In this document: positions 9,987 to 18,552 of the stretch, piece after piece
Position numbering within the stretch: position 1 is the stretch's first letter
Layout of the letters: every line of letters starts with the position of its first letter
Source: an uncultured Alphaproteobacteria bacterium
Lineage (GTDB): Bacteria > Pseudomonadota > Alphaproteobacteria > Sphingomonadales > Sphingomonadaceae
Direction: 5' to 3'
NCBI GenBank assembly: GCA_963844225.1
Contig: CAWJNG010000008.1
Span: forward strand, 78,837-142,836
Length of the DNA: 64,000 bases
Made by a program: the position numbers and the translations under genes
Notes under the pieces: model-generated
What the model was told of the DNA's origin: nothing
Databases searched by the model: none
The model's input: only the letters and a program-made list of their open reading frames with translations

Positions 9987-11105
9987 ATGAGGAAGCTTGC
10001 TGTCGCTTTGGCAATGGCCTCCACAGCTCTGGCGTCGCCTGCCTTGGCGCGCGACGATTCTTGGTATGTCGGTGTCGGTGCAGGTGCCATGCTGGTCGAG
10101 GACATGAACCTTGATATTGGCACAATCAATAATGCTGGTAGCTTGAATCATGACACTGGTTATGATTTCGAGGGTACCGTCGGTTATGATTTCGGTGCGT
10201 TCCGCACGGAAGTCGAAGTCGGCTATCGTAATGCGGGCATCAATTCGGGCGCATTCACTGCCCCCGGTATTCCGCAGTCCGTGAACGGCTCCGGCCCGCT
10301 CTACACCGGTCAAACGGCCCTGAACGGCGAAAGCAATGCGCTGAGCTTCATGGTCAACGGTATGTTCGACTTTGGTGATGACGATGGTCTTCAAGGCTTC
10401 GTTGGCGGTGGTGCTGGTGTAGCCCGCGTCAAGGTTGCTCCTGTTTTTGCCGGCGCGTTTCTTAACGATTCGGACACAGGCTTTGCTTGGCAGGCTATTG
10501 CGGGCATCCGTGCTCCGCTGACCAAGAACATCGACGCTGGCCTGAAGTATCGTTTCTTCAACGCTGACAATGTCGATCTGGTTGATCAGGTTGGTCGTAA
10601 CGTTTCGACCCGCTTCCGTTCGCACTCGTTGATGGGAACGCTGACCTATAACTTTGGTGGTGCAGAACCGGCACCGGCTCCGGCACCGCCGCCGCCGCCG
10701 CCGCCGCCTCCCCCGCCGCCGCCTCCCCCGCCGCCTCCGCCGCCTGTGGTGTGTGCGCCTGGTCCGTACATCGTCTATTTCGACTGGGATCAGTCGAACA
10801 TCACGCCCGAAGCGGCGTCGACGCTGGACAACGCCATCAGCGCTTACAACCGTGGTTGCACGGGGCAGCAGGTTATGCTCGCAGGTCACGCTGACCGGTC
10901 GGGTTCGGCGAAGTATAACGTCGGTCTCTCGCAGCGTCGTGCTGACGCGGCCCGCAGCTATATGACAGCTCGCGGTATCAGCGATGGCTCGATCAGCGAA
11001 CAAGCCTTCGGTGAAAGCCGTCCGGCTGTTGCAACCGCCGATGGCGTTCGCAACGACCAGAACCGTCGCGTGGAAATCACTTACGGTCCTAACTCGGGCA
11101 TGTAA
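9987..11105 (+). CDS. OmpA-family outer-membrane protein (beta-barrel, poly-Pro linker, OmpA C-terminal domain)
   Basis: Start at 9987 (MRKLAVALAMASTALASPALA signal peptide; SD gaaagggga upstream). Gly/aromatic-rich barrel region, then 20 consecutive Pro. C-terminal peptidoglycan-binding domain (GHADRSGSAKYNVGLSQRRADAARSYM, NRRVEI). Confidence 0.85.
   Translation: MRKLAVALAMASTALASPALARDDSWYVGVGAGAMLVEDMNLDIGTINNAGSLNHDTGYDFEGTVGYDFGAFRTEVEVGYRNAGINSGAFTAPGIPQSVNGSGPLYTGQTALNGESNALSFMVNGMFDFGDDDGLQGFVGGGAGVARVKVAPVFAGAFLNDSDTGFAWQAIAGIRAPLTKNIDAGLKYRFFNADNVDLVDQVGRNVSTRFRSHSLMGTLTYNFGGAEPAPAPAPPPPPPPPPPPPPPPPPPPPVVCAPGPYIVYFDWDQSNITPEAASTLDNAISAYNRGCTGQQVMLAGHADRSGSAKYNVGLSQRRADAARSYMTARGISDGSISEQAFGESRPAVATADGVRNDQNRRVEITYGPNSGM
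10686..10745 (+). repeat. simple CCG/CCT/CCC tract encoding 20 consecutive prolines
   Basis: Read directly in the ompA-like frame: ccg x7, cct, ccc, ccg x3, cct, ccc, ccg x2, cct, ccg x2, cct. Confidence 0.9.
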
Positions 11106-11145
11106 GAACGGTTTCCGCTCCCGAACGGGATGGAACAAAAAAGAA

Positions 11146-11178
11146 GGGCGGCACCGCAAGGTGTCGCCCTTTCTTTAT
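11146..11178 (+). terminator. rho-independent terminator after the ompA-like gene
   Basis: GGGCGGCACC-GCAA-GGTGTCGCCC (10-bp stem with one G:U pair) followed by TTTCTTTAT. Confidence 0.7.
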
Positions 11179-11375
11179 GGGCGCGAGCTGCGCATTGATC
11201 GGGTCCTAGCTGTGGTCGGTCGACTTCCTAAACGGGACTTGTAAAAATAAACAAGATGTTATACCGTTACATCTAGCGGTGATCGGGATTCTTCGATTAC
11301 CTCTATATAAACGGGGTATCGGACGCCTGGCGTTCCACCGCAGATGGTCCGCTCCCCTTTGACGGGAGAATCGCT

Positions 11376-11798
11376 ATGCGCCGCCACCGCAGTATCTTTC
11401 GCACCAGCCCCGATGCCGATCCGATCATCAACACGACACCGCTCATCGATGTGATGCTTGTCATGCTGGTGATGTTCATCATCACCATCCCGCCGCCGCA
11501 TCATATGGTCGATATCAGCCTAGCCAATGATGGCCCGGCCCTGCCGATTGCAGACCAAAATCATGTCACAATCGATACGTTAGACATCATCCGCTGGAAT
11601 GATGAAGCCGTCGATCTAGCGCAGCTGGGCCAGTTGGTGAAGGCTGCCGCAACGCGGGCCGAGCCCGCGGCGATCCTGCTCGAACCCGACGCAAAGGCGC
11701 GATATTTGCGCGTCGATCAAGCAATCGGTGCTATCCGGCGCAATGGCAGCGAAAGCATCGCCTTTCCCGGAATCCATGCATATCGCGATCTGATATAG
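11376..11798 (+). CDS. exbD: ExbD/TolR-family biopolymer transport protein
   Basis: 140 aa. Characteristic INTTPLIDVMLVMLVMFIIT segment. SD GGGAG 7 nt upstream of the ATG. Confidence 0.8.
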   Translation: MRRHRSIFRTSPDADPIINTTPLIDVMLVMLVMFIITIPPPHHMVDISLANDGPALPIADQNHVTIDTLDIIRWNDEAVDLAQLGQLVKAAATRAEPAAILLEPDAKARYLRVDQAIGAIRRNGSESIAFPGIHAYRDLI

Positions 11799-11827
11799 GG
11801 CGGGTTAACGCCCCCCCCGGTGGCCGG

Positions 11828-12364
11828 TCAGCCGGCTGGCATCGTGCCGGCCCGCAGGTGACGCATCATATAGCTAGCAAAATCCGCCTTGCCGAGTGGC
11901 ACGCCAGCCTGCCGCATCACGGCATAGGCCGCCATGATGTGGAAATAGAATTGGGGCAGCGCCCAGTCGCGCACATAATCGGCGGCGCTGAGATCGAACG
12001 CCATTCCATTGGGTAGATCAAAACTGACCGTGCGGGTCGCATCGCTGTCCAGTGTCGCTGGATCCAGTGCAGACAAAAAGTCGCTTGTGGTCGCAATCTG
12101 TGCCTTCATTCCGGCAAAATCACTCGCATCTTCCGCCAATTCGGGTGCGCCCGCGGCGCCCAGGCGGGTCATCGATTGAAGCGCCTGATTGCAGGAAAAA
12201 CGGATCTGCGTCGAAAGCGGGAACATGTCGGGTGCCAGCTGCGCTGCCATCAGCCGCGCCTCGTCCTCGCCATTGTCGGCACCCCAGACCCGCGCTTTGT
12301 CAAGTTGCCCCGAAAGCGCACCTAGCGCATTGATATAGGCGGGAACGGTAAAGCGATGCAGCAT
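11828..12364 (-). CDS. DUF1993-family protein
   Basis: Start refined to MLHRFTVPAYINALG (SD aaaggag upstream). Motifs LAPDMFPLSTQIRF and LPQFYFHIMAAYAVMRQAGVPLGKADF match my memory of DUF1993. Confidence 0.7.
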   Translation of the reverse strand: MLHRFTVPAYINALGALSGQLDKARVWGADNGEDEARLMAAQLAPDMFPLSTQIRFSCNQALQSMTRLGAAGAPELAEDASDFAGMKAQIATTSDFLSALDPATLDSDATRTVSFDLPNGMAFDLSAADYVRDWALPQFYFHIMAAYAVMRQAGVPLGKADFASYMMRHLRAGTMPAG

Positions 12365-12396
12365 CCGAAATCTCCTTTGATTCATAAGGTATAAGG

Positions 12397-14208
12397 TCAG
12401 GCGACGGCAAGGTTGTCCTGAAATTGCAGGCGCGCGAGGCGGGCATAGAGACCATCTGCGGCAACCAGATCATCATGCTTGCCTTCTTCGACAATCGCCC
12501 CATCGTCCATGACGATGATGCGGTCAGCGGCGCGGACAGTCGCGAGGCGATGGGCGATCACGATGGTGGTGCGATCATGAATCAACCGGTCGAGTGCATC
12601 CTGCACCAGCCGTTCGGATTCAGCATCAAGCGCCGAAGTCGCTTCGTCGAGGAGCAAGAGCGGCGATTGACGCAGCAGGGCGCGCGCAATAGCGATCCGT
12701 TGGCGTTGACCGCCCGACAGGCGCGCCCCACCTTCGCCCATGAACGTATCGAGGCCGTCAGGGAGTTTGCGCAAAAATTCCTCGGCATTGGCGTTTCGAG
12801 CCGCTTCCCACAGCGCATCGTCGCTGGCCTCCCAATTGCCATAGCGCAGATTGTCGCGCGCCGAGGCCGCAAAAATTACGGTTTCTTGCGGGACCATCGC
12901 GATGCGCGCGCGGATGTCGGCGGGGTCGGCCTCGGTCAGCGGGACGCCGTCGATGCGGATGGTGCCGGCTTGCGGATCGTAGAAGCGCTGGGCGAGCTGA
13001 AACAAAGTTGACTTGCCCGCGCCCGAGGGGCCGACGATGGCGACAGTTTCCTGCGGGCGGATAGCAAGCGAGAAATGGTGCAAGGCCGCGGTGTCGAGGC
13101 GGGTAGGATAACGAAATTCGACATCGGAAAATTCCAGCTCTCCGCGCGGAGGATCGGGCAGTGCGCGCGGATGGGCGGGAGGCGCAATAGTGGCTTCGGC
13201 GTTGAGTAACTCGTTGAGACGTTCGGCCGCACCAGCGGCGCGCAGTAGGTCGCCATAAACCTCGGTAAGCGATCCAAAGGCCCCCGCGACGAGCCCCCCG
13301 ACCAGCACGAAAGCTGCAATCGTTCCGCCGGTCAACTGGCCCCGTGCAACATCATCTGCGCCATACCAAAGCAAGGTCGTAATCGCCCCAAACAGCAGTC
13401 CAATAACGATCGCGGTCATTAGAGCGCGGAGGCGAATGCGCCGTTTGGCAGTGGCAAAATTGGCCAAGACGGCAATTGTGAATCGTTCCGCCTCGCGTTC
13501 TTCCTGTCCAAAGGCTTGCACGATCTTCATCGCGCCCAATTGTTCAGCCGTGGTGGCGCCAATGTCGGCCACCCGATCCTGACTCGTCCGAGATACATTC
13601 TGCAAGCGGCGTCCCAACAGGACGATCGGCATGACAATCACCGGGATCCCGAGCAGCATGCCCGCCGTCAATTTGGGAGATAGCCAGAATAGATAGACGA
13701 CGCCGCCGATTCCCATCACCAGATTGCGCAGGGCGACCGAGACGGTCGTCCCGACTACCTGTTCGATGATGGCCGTGTCCGACGTCATCCGCGAGGCGAT
13801 CTCAGAGGGGCGATTTTCTTCGAAAAAGGCGGGCGCGAGGCTGAGCAGATTGCGTTGCACGGCCTGACGAATGTCGGCGACGGTCCGCTCGCCGAGCCAG
13901 CTGACGAAATAGAAGCGCGTTGCCGTCGCCAGCGCCAATATGACGACGATGACATAGAAGATACGGAAAATAGGCGCGACATCGCCGCCGCCGGCGACAA
14001 AGCCGCTGTCGATCATGGCTTTAAACTGCCAGGGAATAGCTAGCGTTGCGAATGCTGCAACGCTGAGTGCAATTGCAGCAATCGCCAGTTGGCCCGGATA
14101 TTGGCTGGCATAGCGCCATATCATCCGAAGGCTTCCGAGCTTGCGGCGGTGCGGTTCGGGTGCGTCTGTTGCGGGAGACGCGGCGGGCGAAGCTGTTTCT
14201 GTTGCCAT
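12397..14208 (-). CDS. ABC transporter, fused permease/ATPase (ABCB/MsbA-like exporter)
   Basis: 603 aa. Six-TM N-terminal half, Walker A GPSGAGKST, signature LSGGQRQR, Walker B LLLLDEATSALD. Confidence 0.9.
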   Translation of the reverse strand: MATETASPAASPATDAPEPHRRKLGSLRMIWRYASQYPGQLAIAAIALSVAAFATLAIPWQFKAMIDSGFVAGGGDVAPIFRIFYVIVVILALATATRFYFVSWLGERTVADIRQAVQRNLLSLAPAFFEENRPSEIASRMTSDTAIIEQVVGTTVSVALRNLVMGIGGVVYLFWLSPKLTAGMLLGIPVIVMPIVLLGRRLQNVSRTSQDRVADIGATTAEQLGAMKIVQAFGQEEREAERFTIAVLANFATAKRRIRLRALMTAIVIGLLFGAITTLLWYGADDVARGQLTGGTIAAFVLVGGLVAGAFGSLTEVYGDLLRAAGAAERLNELLNAEATIAPPAHPRALPDPPRGELEFSDVEFRYPTRLDTAALHHFSLAIRPQETVAIVGPSGAGKSTLFQLAQRFYDPQAGTIRIDGVPLTEADPADIRARIAMVPQETVIFAASARDNLRYGNWEASDDALWEAARNANAEEFLRKLPDGLDTFMGEGGARLSGGQRQRIAIARALLRQSPLLLLDEATSALDAESERLVQDALDRLIHDRTTIVIAHRLATVRAADRIIVMDDGAIVEEGKHDDLVAADGLYARLARLQFQDNLAVA

Positions 14209-14386
14209 TTGCGAAGGCCCTAGCAGCCTCTCTGCGCCTGCTCAACGCTGCAAAGTCGCGCTGGACTTCAAAGGTCCTGAAGTCGGACAAAATGATGCAT
14301 TGCACAATGAGACTGAAGCCCTAGACTGAGGCTCAAACATGAGGCGCGTGATCGGTGCCTTGCGACGGAATCAGGAACAATTTTCA

Positions 14387-15607
14387 ATGCTATATCATGC
14401 CTTTGAGATGCAAAAGAGCTGGCTTGCCGGCGCGAGTGCCCTAGCGACAGCGGGCGCGCAAGTCATTCAGCATCCCGCGAATCCGCTGGGATATTTCGGC
14501 ACAAGTCCGATGTTCGGCTCCGCGCTCGAGGTATTTGCCCACGCCGCCGCGCCGCGCGGAAAGCCCAGATTTGACCTATATGAAACCGAAGTCGACGGCG
14601 ACATGGTGCGGGTTACCGAGGTAGTTGAGGCGCGAAAGCCATTTGGGCAACTCAAGCATTTCAAGCATAAAGGCAGCAAGAATGCGCCAAAGCTGTTGAT
14701 AGTGGCGCCCATGTCGGGCCATTATGCGACGCTGCTGCGCGGGACGGTCGAGCGCATGCTGCCCGACCATGATGTCTGGGTCACCGACTGGCGCGACGCA
14801 CGAAACGCGCCGCTGTCGGCGGGCAAGTTCGATCTGGATGATTATGTCGATTATCTGATCGACTGGATGGAACATATCGGCCCCGGCGCGCATATGCTGG
14901 CCGTGTGCCAGCCGTCGGTGCCAAGCTATGCCGCCGCAGCGTTGATGGCGGCGGACAATAACAAATGTCGCCCCAAAACGCTGACGATGATGGGTGGACC
15001 GATTGACACGCGCGCGGCCCCAACGGCGGTCAATGCGCATGCGACGACGCGGCCCTATGCCTGGTTTTCCGAAAATGTCATTGCAACGGTTCCCGCCTAT
15101 TATCCGGGCGCAGGACGGCGGGTCTATCCGGGATTTTTGCAACTGGCCGGATTTATGTCGATGAACCTTGGCAACCATATGATGAGCCATTGGGAGATGT
15201 TCGGTCATCTGGTCGATGGCGATGGCGAAAACGCTGATAAGACCAAGGAGTTTTACGACGAATATCGCTCGGTGTGTGACATGACCGCCGAATTTTACCT
15301 GCAAACCGTTGACGTGGTGTTCCAGCGCCATTTGCTGCCCAAGGGTGAATATGTCCATCGTGGGCAGCTTGTTGATCCGGCGGCGATGACTGACATTGCC
15401 GTGTTGGCGATCGAGGGTGAGCGCGACGATATTTCGGGTATCGGCCAAACCAAGGCAGCACTGACGCTGGCCAAGCAATTACCCGCGAGTCACAAGAAAT
15501 ATCTGATGGCCAAGGGCGTAGGCCATTACGGCATTTTCAACGGTCGCAAATGGCGCGACGACATCGCACCGGTGGTTGAAGGCTGGATCCGCAAGCACGG
15601 CGGATAG
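14387..15607 (+). CDS. phaZ: intracellular polyhydroxyalkanoate depolymerase
   Basis: Start refined to MLYHAFEMQKSWL. Length and sequence (..PLLIVAPMSGHYATLLRGTV..VCQPSVP..) fit the PhaZ intracellular depolymerase family. Confidence 0.8.
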   Translation: MLYHAFEMQKSWLAGASALATAGAQVIQHPANPLGYFGTSPMFGSALEVFAHAAAPRGKPRFDLYETEVDGDMVRVTEVVEARKPFGQLKHFKHKGSKNAPKLLIVAPMSGHYATLLRGTVERMLPDHDVWVTDWRDARNAPLSAGKFDLDDYVDYLIDWMEHIGPGAHMLAVCQPSVPSYAAAALMAADNNKCRPKTLTMMGGPIDTRAAPTAVNAHATTRPYAWFSENVIATVPAYYPGAGRRVYPGFLQLAGFMSMNLGNHMMSHWEMFGHLVDGDGENADKTKEFYDEYRSVCDMTAEFYLQTVDVVFQRHLLPKGEYVHRGQLVDPAAMTDIAVLAIEGERDDISGIGQTKAALTLAKQLPASHKKYLMAKGVGHYGIFNGRKWRDDIAPVVEGWIRKHGG

Positions 15608-15624
15608 AGCCCAAGAGGCGGGCG

Positions 15625-16131
15625 CTAAATCAACGGGTCATAGGACCATTGTAGCAGCGCCTGTCGCTGGCGAGGCCGGCAGAATATGTCGCCCGGGGCG
15701 CAATTGGCACGGATTTGTCCCGCATGGCGGGCGAAGCCGCGCCAGCGCTTAATCTGTATCGCATCGATTTCGGGTAGCCGGCGGCCGAGATAATAGCGGC
15801 AATACCATTGAAACCAGCCGCGCGGGTCGGGGCCATATATCCACCCCTTTTCCCTCCACACGCTTAACGGCTGGCGGCTTTTGACGCCGAAATAGTTGAG
15901 GTCGGGGTCGGGTGCTTCGCTAATCCTGGCATTCTCAAACCAGCTTGGCGGAAATTCATTGCGGCAATCATTGCAATATTTGCCCTCGAACACCCCCATT
16001 TCGAGCATTTCTTGCGGAGAGAAAATGGGACAGAAGTCCGCCGCAAAATCTTCGCCGGTCAAAGCCGCCAGTTCATAACGGTAATCCGCCTGCATCTTGT
16101 CATTGACGTCAATAATCTGTCCGATGGCCAT
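15625..16131 (-). CDS. conserved hypothetical, Trp/Cys-rich soluble protein
   Basis: Start refined to MAIGQIIDVNDK (the longer ORF would overlap the upstream gene). Distinctive GKYCNDCRNEFPPSWF and DPRGWFQWYCRYYLGRR blocks. Family not recognised. Confidence 0.6.
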   Translation of the reverse strand: MAIGQIIDVNDKMQADYRYELAALTGEDFAADFCPIFSPQEMLEMGVFEGKYCNDCRNEFPPSWFENARISEAPDPDLNYFGVKSRQPLSVWREKGWIYGPDPRGWFQWYCRYYLGRRLPEIDAIQIKRWRGFARHAGQIRANCAPGDIFCRPRQRQALLQWSYDPLI

Positions 16132-16150
16132 TGCGACAAAATAATCCCGT

Positions 16151-16546
16151 CTAGTGCCAGGGCGAGGTGCGAACGCTCCAGTACACAATCCAGAGCAGCA
16201 GCGCCCACAGGATGAGGATGATCGCCATCCCCAGCCGACTCGATGGACGTTCGCTGGCAATTTCGGCGGTGGCGAGGAGTTCGGCCCATAAGTCGCGGGG
16301 GATCATGCGCCGCACTGTCCATAATCCCAGCGGCACGATCAACAGATCATCGAGCCAGCCGAGTATTGGAATAAAATCGGGGATGAGGTCGATCGGTGAC
16401 AGCGCATAAGCGCCGACGCCCAGTGCGAGCAATCGTGCGGCCATCGGCACGCGCGGATCCCGCGCGCCAAGCCATGCGGCATGCGCTTCAATAGCCAGCC
16501 GGTGGGCCAGCTCGCCAATTCGCGTTGCAAGAGATTTGCCGGCCAT
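16151..16546 (-). CDS. DUF1232 (YkvA-like) membrane protein
   Basis: Motif YALSPIDLIPDFIPILGWLDDLLIV is typical of DUF1232. Confidence 0.7.
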   Translation of the reverse strand: MAGKSLATRIGELAHRLAIEAHAAWLGARDPRVPMAARLLALGVGAYALSPIDLIPDFIPILGWLDDLLIVPLGLWTVRRMIPRDLWAELLATAEIASERPSSRLGMAIILILWALLLWIVYWSVRTSPWH

Positions 16547-16567
16547 CGAAGAGCATCATAAAGCGAT

Positions 16568-17533
16568 GTGATGGACTTCCAACTGAAAAGCGTACGCATC
16601 GAAAATTGGCAGGTCGACGGGGCCTTTATAATTGCGCGCGGTGCCAAGACGTACGTCGATGTCGTGGTGGCCACCGTGGAAGGCGGCGGCGTGACGGGTC
16701 GCGGCGAGGCTACGCCGATTTACTATCAAGGCGAGAGCGCGCAATCGTGCCGCGATGCAATTCAGGCCCTGGACGGGCAAAGCCTCAACCGTGCCCGTTT
16801 GGCGGGCCTTTTGCCTCGCGGGGCAGCGCGTAATGCGCTTGATTGTGCCTTGTGGCAGGCCGAGGCGGCGGCGGTAGGCAAGCCTGTGTGGGAATTGGCA
16901 GGTTTACCCTTGCCGCAACCTTTGCTGACCGCCTTTACCATCTCGCTCGACCGGCCAGATGCGATGGGCGATGCGGCAGGGCGCGCGGCGGCCAAGGGTT
17001 ACTCACTGCTCAAGCTCAAGCTAACAGGTGAAGGAGACCGCCCGCGCGTCGCGGCGGTCCGGGCAGGTGCGCCCGATGCGCGGCTGATCGTTGATGCCAA
17101 TGAAAGCTGGACCGACCGTGACGTCGTGGGCGCCGCATCGGCGCTGTTACCGTTCGGGGTTGCTTTGATCGAGCAGCCTGTCGCAGCGGGACGCGATGCT
17201 TTGCTCGATGGTGTCACGGCCCCGATTCCGTTCGCTGCAGACGAAAGCTGTCACACCCGCGCCGATTTGCCGCAGCTGATCGGGCGCTATCAGGTGGTCA
17301 ATATCAAGCTCGACAAGGCAGGCGGGTTAACCGAGGCGATCGAATTGGCCGATGCCGCCGAGGCGGCGGGGCTGGACCTGATGGTCGGCTGTATGCTTGG
17401 AACCAGTCTGGCCATTGCTCCCGCCTTTGCGCTGGCGCAGCGGGCGCGATGGGTCGACCTTGACGGGCCGGTGTTGCTGGCAAGCGATCGTGCGGGCGGG
17501 TTTCGGTTCGCGGATGGGCGGATTATGCTCTAG
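16568..17533 (+). CDS. dipeptide epimerase (L-Ala-D/L-Glu epimerase-like), enolase superfamily
   Basis: 321 aa. Catalytic pattern LLKLKL, DANESW, LIEQP, ADES, VNIKLDKAGG. Confidence 0.8.
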   Translation: MMDFQLKSVRIENWQVDGAFIIARGAKTYVDVVVATVEGGGVTGRGEATPIYYQGESAQSCRDAIQALDGQSLNRARLAGLLPRGAARNALDCALWQAEAAAVGKPVWELAGLPLPQPLLTAFTISLDRPDAMGDAAGRAAAKGYSLLKLKLTGEGDRPRVAAVRAGAPDARLIVDANESWTDRDVVGAASALLPFGVALIEQPVAAGRDALLDGVTAPIPFAADESCHTRADLPQLIGRYQVVNIKLDKAGGLTEAIELADAAEAAGLDLMVGCMLGTSLAIAPAFALAQRARWVDLDGPVLLASDRAGGFRFADGRIML

Positions 17534-17561
17534 GGGACCCTTTGGCGGGGGAAGGCCGCTT

Positions 17562-18026
17562 TTAGAGCGCCACCTTAATATGTTTGCCAAGATCGCTTGC
17601 TGTCATTGCCATTCCGGTCGCGAGCTTGAATGCGCCTTTGAGGCCCGGGTCGGCGGTCCAGATTTCAGCATCGTTCAGGTCATAGCGCAGGAGAAGGAGG
17701 TTGGGGTCGTCCTTGCCGCCTTCATACCAGGCCGCAACGCCGCTATTCCATAGCTTGTCCAACACGGCCTTGTCCGCTTCGGCTACCAGTGTGCCGGAGA
17801 TGCAAGCAAACAGGCTGTGATCCTTGGCCGCGAATTGCGCCATGGCCGCGCCGCCATCCACGAGGCGATTATCCTTGGTCGTGAACAACCAGAAGGCGCT
17901 GTTGGCGTCTTTGTCGAGTTGCGCCGTCATCGGAATGCTGTGCCCTTGCTGACCTTCGAGACCGACCATCAAAAAGGGACTGTCGAAGAGAGAAATCCAG
18001 AATTTGGTTTTGATGTCGTCGCTCAT
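17562..18026 (-). CDS. pyridoxamine 5'-phosphate oxidase-like FMN-binding protein (general stress protein 26 family)
   Basis: 154 aa. KFWISLFDSPFLMV..SIPMTAQ..FWLFTTKDN resembles the GSP26/PNPOx-like split-barrel family. SD AGGAG 9 nt upstream. Confidence 0.75.
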   Translation of the reverse strand: MSDDIKTKFWISLFDSPFLMVGLEGQQGHSIPMTAQLDKDANSAFWLFTTKDNRLVDGGAAMAQFAAKDHSLFACISGTLVAEADKAVLDKLWNSGVAAWYEGGKDDPNLLLLRYDLNDAEIWTADPGLKGAFKLATGMAMTASDLGKHIKVAL

Positions 18027-18035
18027 AATAAGAGT

Positions 18036-18075
18036 CTCCTGTGGGTGTGCGGTTGTGAAACCAACGCCACAGGAG
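18036..18075 (-). promoter_or_regulatory. intercistronic hairpin whose 3' arm contains the SD of the PNPOx-like gene
   Basis: The mRNA (minus strand) reads CTCCTGTGG-(22 nt)-CCACAGGAG-ACTCTTATT-ATG. It has a 9-bp perfect stem, and AGGAG lies inside the 3' arm. Confidence 0.4.
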
Positions 18076-18092
18076 CAGATATGTTGCGAATA

Positions 18093-18488
18093 TCAGCTGG
18101 TTTTCGCGGCGTTGTAGCTGATCACCTCAAATTCGATGCCGTCATGGTCGAGGAAATAGAAGCGGCGACCAGGGTCGTAATCGCCATGACTGAAGGGGGT
18201 GAGACCGGCGGCGATCACACGTTGTTCGACCGCATCAATGTCATCGACCTGTATTCCGATATGCTGGAGCGGCTCGCCCTTGCGATAGCGGACGGCGGCG
18301 TGCTCGCCGTCGGGCCCGGTGTAAAAGGCGATATAGGCTGTTTCGCTTCCGACATGGATGGTGGTGCCATTGTTGAGCGATGGCCCGCGCCACCGTTCTT
18401 TCCAGCCGAACAATGCAGTCATCAGCGCGGCGCTGCGGTCGGGGTTGCTAGAGGTGATGTTCACATGTTCGATAAAAGGGTGCGTCAT
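18093..18488 (-). CDS. VOC (glyoxalase/bleomycin-resistance/dioxygenase) family protein
   Basis: Start refined to MTHPFIEHVNITSSNPDRSAALMTALFGW, a typical VOC beta-alpha-beta-beta-beta N-terminus. 131 aa. Confidence 0.75.
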   Translation of the reverse strand: MTHPFIEHVNITSSNPDRSAALMTALFGWKERWRGPSLNNGTTIHVGSETAYIAFYTGPDGEHAAVRYRKGEPLQHIGIQVDDIDAVEQRVIAAGLTPFSHGDYDPGRRFYFLDHDGIEFEVISYNAAKTS

Positions 18489-18521
18489 AGGGAAAGCCTT
18501 TCGATTCGAGTTGACGCGATG

Positions 18522-18552
18522 GTTATGCAAGCTCAAGTTAGGTTGAGGTCAA
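18522..18552 (-). promoter_or_regulatory. SoxR-type operator embedded in a 19-bp-spacer promoter facing the VOC gene
   Basis: The minus strand reads TTGACC-tcaacctaacttgagcttg-CATAAC. The palindrome CCTCAAcctAACTTGAGc matches 15 of 18 positions of the E. coli soxS operator as I recall it. soxR diverges from the same intergenic region. Confidence 0.65.

Noticed and set aside
10680-10750. Short tandem repeats (the CCG tract here, and GCA/GCC/CCG Ala-Pro tracts at about 53290-53350), considered as possible CRISPR or other arrays.
   Set aside because: The repeat units are 3 nt, in frame, and encode the flexible linkers of OmpA-like and SucB proteins. There is no repeat-spacer architecture and no cas genes anywhere in the window.
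9891-11159. 422-aa minus-strand ORF containing a spectacular poly-Arg/Gly run (RRRRRRGRRRRGRRRRRRRR).
   Set aside because: It is the reverse-complement reading of the CCG proline tract inside the well-supported ompA-like gene, so it is not an independent gene.
11146-11178. Similarity between the ompA-like terminator (GGGCGGCACC-GCAA-GGTGTCGCCC) and the rpsI terminator (GGGCGGCCCA-GCAA-TGGGTCGCCC), considered as a dispersed REP/MITE-like family.
   Set aside because: Similarity is confined to the GC-rich stem and GNRA loop, as expected for convergent terminator design, and the flanks do not align. Only the 32301/32994 pair shows extended flank similarity.
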